NCBI GenBank assembly: GCA_965220245.1
Contig: CBDCPI010000006.1
Location: 201,876 to 265,875, forward strand
Length of the DNA stretch: 64,000 nt
Origin: Dehalococcoidia bacterium
Lineage (GTDB): Bacteria > Chloroflexota > Dehalococcoidia > Lucifugimonadales > UBA3495
Direction of reading: 5' to 3'
Position 1 is the stretch's first letter. Every line of letters begins with the position of its first letter. The translations under genes and the position numbers were made by a program. Shown piece by piece: positions 8,663 through 16,664 of the stretch. Below the pieces are notes generated by a model. That model was not told the DNA's origin. It ran no database searches and saw nothing but the letters and a program-made list of their open reading frames with translations.

Positions 8663-9139
8663 TTATTCCGTTTCCGTCCCGAGGCTCGGAGGCGGCTCAT
8701 CAAAAGTTTCTCCCTTAGCCTCCACTTCCATGCGGCGGCGGTTCCAGGCTTCCCACTTCTGTTGGGTTCGTTTCGCGCCCTCTGCCTGGCCCTCTGCCTG
8801 GCCCTCTTCTCTACTTTCCTGCCGGAGTTTTTCGTCCAGCGGGTCGAGGAACTTTCGTTTCAAGTACCTGTAGGTAACCATTATCCCACCTCCGGCGCTG
8901 TCCAGCATTGTTACAACAAAGATAGCATTAACGACAATCAGCGGCACAGCCGGGGCGCTTTTGCTGACCACCGCGCTGGCGGTCTCGGCAATGCCTTCAT
9001 GCTTACCGTTGGAAACCTCGACCCAGGCGACAAACGCCGTCCACCCAATCGTCAGAACAAAGATCAGCCCCAAGCACCAAGGCAACCACCATCGGCCGAC
9101 GCTCCATACGGACTCTCGTTCCTGCCGGTCGTCGTTCAT
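8663..9139 (-). CDS. Membrane protein with two predicted TM helices and a charged C-terminal tail (EGQAEGQAEG...WEAWNRRR...FDEPPP)
   Basis: 158-aa ORF. Hydrophobic segments WWLPWCLGLIFVLTIGWTAFVAWV and VPLIVVNAIFVVTML are present. No function recognised. Confidence 0.55.
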   Translation of the reverse strand: MNDDRQERESVWSVGRWWLPWCLGLIFVLTIGWTAFVAWVEVSNGKHEGIAETASAVVSKSAPAVPLIVVNAIFVVTMLDSAGGGIMVTYRYLKRKFLDPLDEKLRQESREEGQAEGQAEGAKRTQQKWEAWNRRRMEVEAKGETFDEPPPSLGTETE

Positions 9140-9248
9140 AGGCCGGTTGCCAGGTTAAGTGAAAGCTGCCTGGGGCCGAAACTGTATTACTCTATGCTCT
9201 TCGCAATCGTGGACGGGGGCACCCGTCTTGCTTTTCGCCGATGGCCGG

Positions 9249-10676
9249 TTATCCGATGGTTTCGGCAAGGGACTTGACCGATGCTAGCTCTGCCGAATCT
9301 GCGTCAGCGTCCTGCCATGCCTGGTTAACCGCATTAAGGGTAACTCGGGCGTCGTCCAACTGGCCCGTACTTTCTTGGGCTTGTGCCATGCGATATAGGT
9401 CTCTGGTGGTCTCTCTCTTCTTCAGCCGTGCTCGAAGCATGTCTTCCGCCTTATCGAACTGCTCCGCCCGAAGATATGCCTCCAGCAAGGTGTCTTCGAA
9501 GACTTCCCTCTGGGCGTGACTGCCGCCGATCCGGGCAAGCTGGGGGAAGACGGGTTCCAGTTGGGCGACTGCTTCGGCGTATTCGCCGTGGGCAAAGGCG
9601 CTGACCCCCTTAGCGATGGGAAGACTTACCTCGGCCGCTATGGGATTTCCGGCATTGGCGGCCGCGCTGAGGCGGTCCATGAGTTGACTCAAACCGGCTT
9701 GGTCGCCACCCCCGGCAAAGGCCAGCGCGGCGTGAGCGTCCCGGAAAGCGGGGCCGGGACTAGTGGCGGCTGGCTTGGCTATGTCCCGCACCTCGTCCCA
9801 AGGGAAGGGAGGCATCCTACCGCCATACATCTGCAACCGCCACATCAGAGCGGCGCTGTCATTTAGAGAGGTGGTGTTGCCGGCGACGACGGAAGGCCGA
9901 ATGGTTGATTCGTATAAATCGAAAGCTCGCTGGTAATGGCCGGTAGCCAACTCGAACAGGGCTTGGTGCCAAGAGAGGTGGACGTGGTATTGGGCCCGGC
10001 GATCAAACCCGGGCAGCCAAGTGCCCAGAAAGCTAGTGCCGGTCAGGTTGTCTCCCATCTCGAAGTAGGAATGGGCGGCGGAATGGGCGGCGACGGCGTT
10101 GGTCGGCCGGACCGCCAGCGAACGTTGGGCTAGGTCCAAGGCCTCGTCTACCAGGCCTACTTCGTGGTGGGCGAAAGAGTTGGACCCGAGATAGGACCAT
10201 TCATCCCCGTTCTCGCGCTCAACGCTCTTGGTAAGACGGAAGAGATGGTTCGGGAAATCAGGGATGCCAGCGCCGTCACAGCCCAAGGCATACAAACGTT
10301 GGGCCAGCCGGATCATGAAGATGTCCCTGGGGAACTCCTGCATGTGCTGGTGGATGATGGGCATGGCGTCAGGGCCGGAGCCGCCGGTCCAGATGCTGAC
10401 CGCCTCGATTTGCTGTTGCTCCCGGCGGGAGATGCTCGCCGCCAACTCCCGGGCGCGGGCGCTGCTGCTTCTCGCTTCCGCTGGTTGCGCCTTCTGCATG
10501 TAGGTGAAGGCCAACAGAGCGTGAGGCAAAGCAAATCCTTCGTCGGCCTCGACCGCCTTCTGGAACCTTTCCTCGGGTCCGTAAGTGTTCTCCAACAAGA
10601 GGTCCATTCCTTCCACTAGCCATTCGACGGCGGTAGTGGAGCTTGTGCTCAATGGGAGGCCGAATCGGTCGTCCAT
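9249..10676 (-). CDS. TTC38-family tetratricopeptide repeat protein
   Basis: The ATG at 10676 is preceded by AGGAGGAAAGGAA. Sequence shows FALPHALLAFTY...SRREQQQIEAV...PRD...HSAAHSYFEMG...HLSWHQALFELATGHYQRAFDLY, the pattern I associate with bacterial TTC38 homologues. The upstream 47 codons of the track ORF come from the 155-bp repeat. Confidence 0.75.
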   Translation of the reverse strand: MDDRFGLPLSTSSTTAVEWLVEGMDLLLENTYGPEERFQKAVEADEGFALPHALLAFTYMQKAQPAEARSSSARARELAASISRREQQQIEAVSIWTGGSGPDAMPIIHQHMQEFPRDIFMIRLAQRLYALGCDGAGIPDFPNHLFRLTKSVERENGDEWSYLGSNSFAHHEVGLVDEALDLAQRSLAVRPTNAVAAHSAAHSYFEMGDNLTGTSFLGTWLPGFDRRAQYHVHLSWHQALFELATGHYQRAFDLYESTIRPSVVAGNTTSLNDSAALMWRLQMYGGRMPPFPWDEVRDIAKPAATSPGPAFRDAHAALAFAGGGDQAGLSQLMDRLSAAANAGNPIAAEVSLPIAKGVSAFAHGEYAEAVAQLEPVFPQLARIGGSHAQREVFEDTLLEAYLRAEQFDKAEDMLRARLKKRETTRDLYRMAQAQESTGQLDDARVTLNAVNQAWQDADADSAELASVKSLAETIG

Positions 10677-10686
10677 TTCCTTTCCT

Positions 10687-10841
10687 CCTAAACTAAAGCC
10701 AAGGTGAAATGTACATATCGCCAGAACGCCCTGTCGGTGCCCACCAGGTTGGGGCCTAAGGGTGATATGAGGTGCCGTAGAGTCCTTTCGATCCTCGTCA
10801 AAACCCCCGAAATGCACATCCCACCTTGGTATTGGTTTAGG
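10687..10841. mobile_element. 155-bp MITE-like element, copy 1; identical copy at 58888-59042
   Basis: 155/155 identity with 58888-59042 by direct comparison. Imperfect ~33-bp terminal inverted repeats: CCTAAACTAAAGCCAAGGTGAAATGTACATATC versus the reverse complement of the right end, CCTAAACCAATACCAAGGTGGGATGTGCATTTC. Confidence 0.75.
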
Positions 10842-11043
10842 AACAACGATGTGTGACCTACACTCGGATTTAGTCCCATCGGACCGGAGGGACTCACGTG
10901 TCTAATGAGACTGGATACGGGGATGCCCGCTATGGGGCTATTGAAGGGGAGTGTAATCTGGCCTGATTACGGTGTCAACGCGCCGGTCCAGCGATACCCA
11001 GGGCCTTTTAGTTGTCCAAGTTGTAACTCAGCAAAGCTATACA

Positions 11044-11157
11044 TTCCGCTCGCCCTGAGCGTAGCGCAGCGGAGTCGGAGGGGGTTGTCCACATTAAGGA
11101 GAACCCTTCGACAAGCTCAGGGTGAGCGGGAATGCCTGTCCCGAGCTTGTCGAAGGG
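11044..11157. repeat. Hairpin REP-like repeats, cctgagcgtagcgcagcggagtcg / ccttcgacaagctcaggg...cccgagcttgtcgaagg
   Basis: Inverted arms ccttcgacaagctcaggg and cccgagcttgtcgaagg. They translate to the LRQAQGE / LSRACRRG peptides seen in spurious ORF 10905-11300. Confidence 0.8.
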
Positions 11158-11326
11158 GAGGCTTTGGTCCGAAAACTAAGACCCTGTTACTGGTACCTGC
11201 TCGATTGATTCGCCTAGCTCTTTCTTGCTATCCTTGGCGCAAGACGGCCGTTGCTGCCTTGATCGGGACAGCCCGCCTGAGGTGGCGCGGGCGGCGTTGA
11301 CAGTCCTACTAATTAGGAGGATGACC

Positions 11327-12745
11327 ATGCCCGATGCGAGGGTCGACACGATAGTTCGCGGTGGCCAAGTGGTCACGTCGTCGGAAGTCTACGATGCGTC
11401 CATCGCTATTTCCGGGGAGAAGATAGTGGCCTTGGGGCCGGAACAGCTATTGCCCCCCGCTGACAACTACATCGACGCCGAGGGCAAGCTGGTGTTGCCG
11501 GGCCTCATCGACAGTCACGTTCACTTGGACGGCCATGACGACTACGCCTTGGGCGCCAGAGCGGCGGCTTACGCCGGCTTGACCACCCTGGTCCCTTTCG
11601 GCACCTACGATATGGAACGGGAAGAAACTCTGCCTGCGGCCGTGCACCGCATCCGGGAGGAGGTGGAAGCCTCGGCGGTCGTCGACTTTGGCTTTCACTT
11701 CATCTTGCAGAACCGGCCCTACATCCTTAGCGGGCTCCGCCAGGCTATGGAGATGGGGGTCAAGTCGTACAAGATGTTTATGACCTACAAGAAGCGTCCA
11801 GGCCGGATGTGCGACGACGACTACATTTGCCAGGCCATGGAGACGGTGGCTGCCGGCGGTGGGGTGCTCCAGCTTCACTGCGAGAGCGGCAACATAATCG
11901 AATATCTGGAGAATAAGCTGATCGCGGAAGGCCACATTCACCCTACCGATTTTCCCACCGCCTGTCCGGACTGGGCCGAGGAGGAAGCGATCAACCGGGC
12001 CATCCAGATGGGCGCTGCCACCAAATGTCCTACCTACGTGGTCCATCTGAGCACCCAGCTCGGGTTGGAACGCATTAAGCAAGCCCAGTCTTTGGGCCAA
12101 GCGGTCTGGACCGAGACCTGCCCGCAATACTTGCTGCTGTCCGACGCCGAGATGGCCCATTACGGCCCGTTGGCCAAGATCGGCCCTCCCTTACGCCCCG
12201 AGGACGGCCCGGACCGGGACGCCCTGTGGCGTGGACTGGCCCAAGGCCACACGTCTATCGTTGCCAGCGACCACGCGCCCCATCCCCAGCACTTAAAACA
12301 GGTCGGTTGGAACAACATCTTCGTCACACCCGAAGGCGCGTCGGTGCCCTTCGGGTCGCCCGGCGTTGAGACGATAGTTTCTCTGATGTACAGCGAGGGA
12401 GTGGTGAAGCGGGGACTGCCCATCTGGTGGCTGGCCCGGGTAATGTCGGAAAACCCGGCCCGCATCTTTGGTTTGTACCCCCGCAAGGGGACGATTCAGG
12501 TAGGGTCCGATGCCGATCTGCTGATCATAGATCCCGCTGGCGACCGGGTGATTACCGCCAAGAACCACCTTAGCAACTCGGGGTATAGCTTGTTCGAGGG
12601 TTGGCAAGTAAGCGGCCGACCCTGGATGACCCTGCTCCGAGGCAAGGTGCTATTGAACAACGGTGTGCTGGAACAGGACCCCGGATATGGGCGCTTCTTG
12701 GAGTGTACCGGTCCCCGGTCTCCCTTGGGCGGGCCGGTAATGTAG
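11327..12745 (+). CDS. D-hydantoinase/dihydropyrimidinase-type cyclic amidohydrolase
   Basis: The ATG at 11327 lies 6 nt after AGGAGG. Metal-site motifs present: DSHVHLDG, SYKMFMTYK (carbamylated-Lys context), LQLHCESG, VVHLS, ASDHAP. Confidence 0.85.
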   Translation: MPDARVDTIVRGGQVVTSSEVYDASIAISGEKIVALGPEQLLPPADNYIDAEGKLVLPGLIDSHVHLDGHDDYALGARAAAYAGLTTLVPFGTYDMEREETLPAAVHRIREEVEASAVVDFGFHFILQNRPYILSGLRQAMEMGVKSYKMFMTYKKRPGRMCDDDYICQAMETVAAGGGVLQLHCESGNIIEYLENKLIAEGHIHPTDFPTACPDWAEEEAINRAIQMGAATKCPTYVVHLSTQLGLERIKQAQSLGQAVWTETCPQYLLLSDAEMAHYGPLAKIGPPLRPEDGPDRDALWRGLAQGHTSIVASDHAPHPQHLKQVGWNNIFVTPEGASVPFGSPGVETIVSLMYSEGVVKRGLPIWWLARVMSENPARIFGLYPRKGTIQVGSDADLLIIDPAGDRVITAKNHLSNSGYSLFEGWQVSGRPWMTLLRGKVLLNNGVLEQDPGYGRFLECTGPRSPLGGPVM

Positions 12746-12766
12746 GCCGCGTATACCGCTTGAGGG

Positions 12767-12919
12767 CTAGTATTACAACGACGGTTCACAAGAATAGGAC
12801 CTTGAGGACTTCTTCATGGCGACCTGCCCACATGCTTGACAGCTTGGTTGCCTTGCCTTCCGCGGCGTGATTTCCGGCCAATGCCTGACCAAATTGAGGA
12901 AGCGTCGTTGTAATACTAG
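12767..12919. repeat. 153-bp unit bounded by a perfect 17-bp inverted repeat
   Basis: CTAGTATTACAACGACG at 12767-12783 and CGTCGTTGTAATACTAG at 12903-12919, separated by 119 bp. It lies in a convergent intergenic region. Confidence 0.6.
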
Positions 12920-12997
12920 GAGGATGTTTTTAAAAGTCCCTTCTCCTTGGGGAGAAGGTTAGGCCTGTCCTGAGCTTGTCGAAGGGATGAAGGGATA

Positions 12998-13030
12998 GGG
13001 GCGCCGCGATCAGCGAGTCGCAGGCGCCCC
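12998..13030. terminator. GC-rich stem-loop between convergent genes, possible bidirectional terminator
   Basis: ggggcgcc at 12998-13005 pairs with ggcgcccc at 13023-13030. It is followed by attt on the plus strand. There is no strong U tract on either side. Confidence 0.3.
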
Positions 13031-13066
13031 ATTTGGCATCTGATGGCGTTGGGCTTCGGAGAAGGG

Positions 13067-14095
13067 TTACTTGAACTCGGGCATCACCTTTTCAGCGATC
13101 AGCCGAACGGAGTTGGCTACCCGGTCACTGGGTATCTGGCCGCCGTAATTCACTTCCATTACCATGCCGGTAATGCCCAGTTTCTCCCGGTACTCTTGGA
13201 TCCGGTCGATGACCTCCTCTGGCGTGCCGTACATGACCCGGTTCTTGAGGATCTCGCTGTAGGGAGCGTTGGCCGCGCTGAGCAGGCGGGTCCTACCCTC
13301 CTCACTGGCGATACTCTTGATTAGCTCCCGGGCGGCGTATTGAATGGCGTGCCTGGTGCTGGCCTCGGGTTCGTCGGAGGCCTTGCTCGATTCCTCGGCC
13401 ACGTAGGCCGGGATACGCAGAGAGACCTCCCCGGGACCGGTGTGTCCAGCCTCGTGCCGGGCGTCCCAGTACAAAGACAGGCGCTCTTGAAGCTGGGGGA
13501 TCGGCGTATTGGCGCTGACAAAGATGTGATGCCCCAATTTCCCGGCCAGAGAGAAGGTGTCTTCGCTGGCAACCGCTATGCGGGTTGGCGGATGCGGTTC
13601 CTGGTAGGGTTTGGGCACCACGGTGACGTCTTGATAGGAGTAGTGCTCCCCTTGGAAGGAGAACTGGTCCTGTTTCCAGGCGGACATAATGACCTCAAGC
13701 GCCTCCAGAAACCGGGGGCGGCTCTCGGTGTAGGGTACGTTGTAGCCTTCATAGTACTTGGTCAGACCGCTGCGCCCGATGCCGAACTCGAACCGGCCCT
13801 TACTAACGTGATCGACGGTGGCCGCTTCCTCGGCAACCCGTAGGGGGTTGGTTAAGGGCAGCACTTGGACCGCCAGTCCAATCCGTATCTTGCTGGTGCG
13901 GGCGGCAATGGCGCTGGAGAGCACCATGGGCGAAGCCAACACCGACCGGTCGGGGCTGAAGTGGTGCTCGGCCAGCCAAATAGAGTCAATACCCAGGTTC
14001 TCCGCCTCGACAACCTGGGAGAACGATTCGTCAAACGCCTCCGGCTGGCTCATGCCTTGGCGGACGTGAAAGTCCGTAAACGTCCCGAAGTCCAT
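13067..14095 (-). CDS. LLM-class (luciferase-like) flavin/F420-dependent oxidoreductase
   Basis: 342 aa. ENLGIDSIWLAEHHF...RIGLAVQVLPLTNPLRVAEEAATVDHVSKGRFEFGIGRSG is a typical LLM N-terminal half. Confidence 0.85.
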   Translation of the reverse strand: MDFGTFTDFHVRQGMSQPEAFDESFSQVVEAENLGIDSIWLAEHHFSPDRSVLASPMVLSSAIAARTSKIRIGLAVQVLPLTNPLRVAEEAATVDHVSKGRFEFGIGRSGLTKYYEGYNVPYTESRPRFLEALEVIMSAWKQDQFSFQGEHYSYQDVTVVPKPYQEPHPPTRIAVASEDTFSLAGKLGHHIFVSANTPIPQLQERLSLYWDARHEAGHTGPGEVSLRIPAYVAEESSKASDEPEASTRHAIQYAARELIKSIASEEGRTRLLSAANAPYSEILKNRVMYGTPEEVIDRIQEYREKLGITGMVMEVNYGGQIPSDRVANSVRLIAEKVMPEFK

Positions 14096-14146
14096 TATCT
14101 TCTCCCCTGATGTATTGTTCCTATAATTCTTGCCGTAAAGCCAATT

Positions 14147-14251
14147 TTCCGCTCACCCTGAGCGGAGCGGAACGAAGTGGAGCTCAGTCGAGGGGTATTC
14201 TCAAGCGTGGACGGTCCTTCGACTGCGCTGCGCTTCGCTCAGGATGAGCGG
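14147..14251. repeat. Hairpin REP-like repeats
   Basis: ttccgctcaccctgagcggagcggaacgaagtggagctcagtcgagggg and ggtccttcgactgcgctgcgcttcgctcaggatgagcgg. Confidence 0.75.
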
Positions 14252-14266
14252 TCTGAAGCTCCGCGC

Positions 14267-15355
14267 TCAGGCCACCGGCGCTTCCTGGAAATGGGGCATA
14301 ACCTGGGTGGCGAAAAGCTCGATGGACCGCATTACTTTCTCATGGGGCAGCCCGGGGAACCCAAAAGCGCCGAAGACGTGATTGATGCCCGCGGCTTGGG
14401 TCTCTTTCAGGCGTTCGATGACCACCTCCGGCGTTCCCCGGAGGGGCGGTAGCCCGGCGTGGCCCGGATCGTCCCGCCGGTCCCGGTCTTGTTGCCGGTT
14501 GGCCCAGTGCTCGTAGCCCGGAGGGATGTTGCCGTTGGCGTCAATCGGCATACCGATGGCCGCGCCGTTGGTGCCCACCGAACGCAGGATGCGAGAGGAG
14601 AAGTCCTCAAGCCCAACGGGGTCGCGCTCGGCCTCTTCCATGGTGGGGGCCACGTATATCGCCTTGGACATGGGCGGGTCCAGATGGGCATGGGGATGCT
14701 TGAACTGGTCCATTTTGTCGCGCCAGCTTTGAATCACTTGAGGCGCTTGGCCCAGGATGTCGGTGGGGCCGCCAGCGATCACCTGTATCCGGCGGCTGGC
14801 AGCAAACTCGATGCTGGCCGGGCTGGTGCTGACGGCTTGGAACAAGGGTGGATAAGGTTGTTGCAGCGGCTTCGGCAGCACCCACAGGTCGTCTACATTG
14901 GTGTACTTCCCATGATAGGTCAGCCGATCCTCGGTCCACGCCTTGATGATCACGTCCACTGCCTCGGTGAACCGCTCCCGGCTCTCGTTGATGTCTACAC
15001 CGACCCCGTCGAACTCTTGGCGTTGATACCCGGCGCCGATGCCAAAGTTGAGGCGTCCTCCGCTAAGCACATCCACCATCGCCGCTTCTTCGGCCACCAA
15101 GACCGGGTTGTGCAAGGGAAGGACCACCACTGCGGTGCCGATGCGGACGTGCTTGGTTCGCGCGGCGACTTGTCCCAAGAAGGACCAGACCCCGGACACC
15201 AGCCCGTGGCGGGAAAACCGGTGCTCGCCGACCCACACCTCGTCTAAACCCAACTGGTCGGCCAATTCGATTTGCTCTAGAGACTCGTTTAGAGATTGCT
15301 CCTGGGTCTTGCTTTCATGCCAAGGCACGATAGTAAATAGACCAAATTTCATCAT
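14267..15355 (-). CDS. LLM-class flavin/F420-dependent oxidoreductase
   Basis: Start at MMKFGLF (ATG at 15355 or 15352). DQLGLDEVWVGEHRF...RIGTAVVVLPLHNPVLVAEEAAMVDVLSGGRLNFGIGAGY. Confidence 0.85.
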   Translation of the reverse strand: MMKFGLFTIVPWHESKTQEQSLNESLEQIELADQLGLDEVWVGEHRFSRHGLVSGVWSFLGQVAARTKHVRIGTAVVVLPLHNPVLVAEEAAMVDVLSGGRLNFGIGAGYQRQEFDGVGVDINESRERFTEAVDVIIKAWTEDRLTYHGKYTNVDDLWVLPKPLQQPYPPLFQAVSTSPASIEFAASRRIQVIAGGPTDILGQAPQVIQSWRDKMDQFKHPHAHLDPPMSKAIYVAPTMEEAERDPVGLEDFSSRILRSVGTNGAAIGMPIDANGNIPPGYEHWANRQQDRDRRDDPGHAGLPPLRGTPEVVIERLKETQAAGINHVFGAFGFPGLPHEKVMRSIELFATQVMPHFQEAPVA

Positions 15356-15525
15356 AGACCCCCGGTATTGGTGGACTTGCCCGGCGTCTGCGCCCAAGCG
15401 TCTAATTCCAATGGAAGGCTGCTAAGCGCCGCCGTGCCTCTCTATACTGCGGGCAGCATACAACAACCGCAATGCCGATTCAAGGCAGAACGGCTGTAGC
15501 CTAGGGCGTTTGGTTCTCCGACAAT

Positions 15526-15552
15526 AAAAAACCCTCTCCCATTGGGAGAGGG
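15526..15552 (-). terminator. Canonical rho-independent terminator, minus strand
   Basis: The minus strand reads CCCTCTCCC-AAT-GGGAGAGGG followed by TTTTTTATTG. It lies 127 nt downstream of the stop of the 15679-16413 gene. Confidence 0.75.
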
Positions 15553-15678
15553 TAGCGCAGTTGGCCGGTTCTGGTGAATATTCGCCGCAACCAGGACCGG
15601 GGGCGTCAGGAATCACTTCCCTTCTTTCAGTTTATTTTTTAGGCGCCAGGTAACAGTCGCCCGGTGAAAGCCGAAGGT

Positions 15679-16413
15679 TCAGCCAGCTCTGACGTATAGA
15701 GCTTGTGGATTGTTATGGCCCTCTCTGTAACCCCCGTCGACAAACATAACCGGGATGGGGGGGTCGTAAAACCCGTCCCAAACTACAAATTGGGTGTCAA
15801 CTTGGCCTAGTAAAACATTCCTTAGGTTTCCTTCGGCCTTGCTGATGTGGACGTAGAAATTTTCGCCACGGCTAGGACATCTGATGAACCCGAAGCCCCT
15901 CTCTTGGTTGTACCGGAATAGCTCTCCGGTGAGCAGGTTCTCCGGCTCACTTACCGCAACTCTGCTCGATGCGACCGCCCGGAGGTTCCGAGTGTTTTCC
16001 TCCAGATCGAAGAATTCGTAGGAGAGGTCGCTCTCGATGCGAATGCCAGTCACTTTAATATCTTTGTCTTGGTATTGTTTGCCAAAAGTAAGGGCTCCCA
16101 AGGCGAAATAGGCAACCGTTGCTGCCCCATCCAGGTCAGCTTGGGGGGATATTTCGATGAACACGCTCTTGGGTACTACCTTCCCTTGCTGATGGATTCT
16201 CAAGAATTCGCTCTGCTTCCTAACATCATCGTCCTTCAGTGTAACCTGAATGCCGATGGGGTTGGTGAAGAAGGTATCCCTGAATCTGGTGATGGTAAAG
16301 TCAATCTTATAACTGTGATCGAAATTTGGATCATATGCAATGTCGCACCATGTTCCAAGCCTTGTCCGGAGCCGCTCTTCAAAGTCCTTTCCGCTTATTC
16401 GTCTTGTAGCCAC
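15679..16413 (-). CDS. Fusion protein: N-terminal restriction-endonuclease-like (Mrr/PD-QxK-like, tentative) domain + cold-shock domain + C-terminal extension
   Basis: 244 aa. The cold-shock domain is clear: GELFRYNQERGFGFIRCPSRGENFYVHISKA. The N-terminal 150 aa carry GKDFEERL..., DHSYKIDFTI and NPIGIQVTLKDDD, reminiscent of the Mrr-type catalytic core D...(I/V)D...Q-x-K. The gene is visibly AT-richer than its neighbours. Confidence 0.6.
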   Translation of the reverse strand: MATRRISGKDFEERLRTRLGTWCDIAYDPNFDHSYKIDFTITRFRDTFFTNPIGIQVTLKDDDVRKQSEFLRIHQQGKVVPKSVFIEISPQADLDGAATVAYFALGALTFGKQYQDKDIKVTGIRIESDLSYEFFDLEENTRNLRAVASSRVAVSEPENLLTGELFRYNQERGFGFIRCPSRGENFYVHISKAEGNLRNVLLGQVDTQFVVWDGFYDPPIPVMFVDGGYREGHNNPQALYVRAG

Positions 16414-16664
16414 AGACTCTCTCCTTTCCAGTCTGAAAGAGAAGAAACCCCTGTAGAATCCCCCTTCCTATATGATTGTTAAAGTGCCGGCCACTGCGCC
16501 GAGCCCTATTCTAGCAACTATGAGCCTTATGTCAATTGGGATGATTGCACACTCAGCAGGGCCTTTGATGTACCTGTATTAGCGGTCCCCGTCAAAGGAA
16601 ATGTAGCTTAGCGCTCTCAATAGAGAGGTAATTGTAACGAGACAGGAGGCTAGGAAGTAATGCA

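Noticed and set aside
10688-10897. ORFs sharing identical peptides at two loci: ...LNQYQGGMCISGVLTRIERTLRHLISPLGPNLVGTDRAFWRYVHFTLALV and MHFGGFDEDRKDSTAPHITLRPQPGGHRQGVLAICTFHLGFSLG.
   Set aside because: The identity is explained by the 155-bp repeated element. The frames open and close at different points outside the element in the two copies, so they are not a conserved gene.
10905-11300. Short ORFs spanning hairpin repeats. Examples: 10905-11300, 18776-18988, 40658-40846, 37553-37762, 51100-51324, 14177-14452 and 26743-27018.
   Set aside because: Their only conserved parts are translations of the palindromic repeats (LRQAQGE, LSLSKG, VTLSAAKGL, CHPERSEGS, LWERVRVRA). They have no RBS or start consistency.
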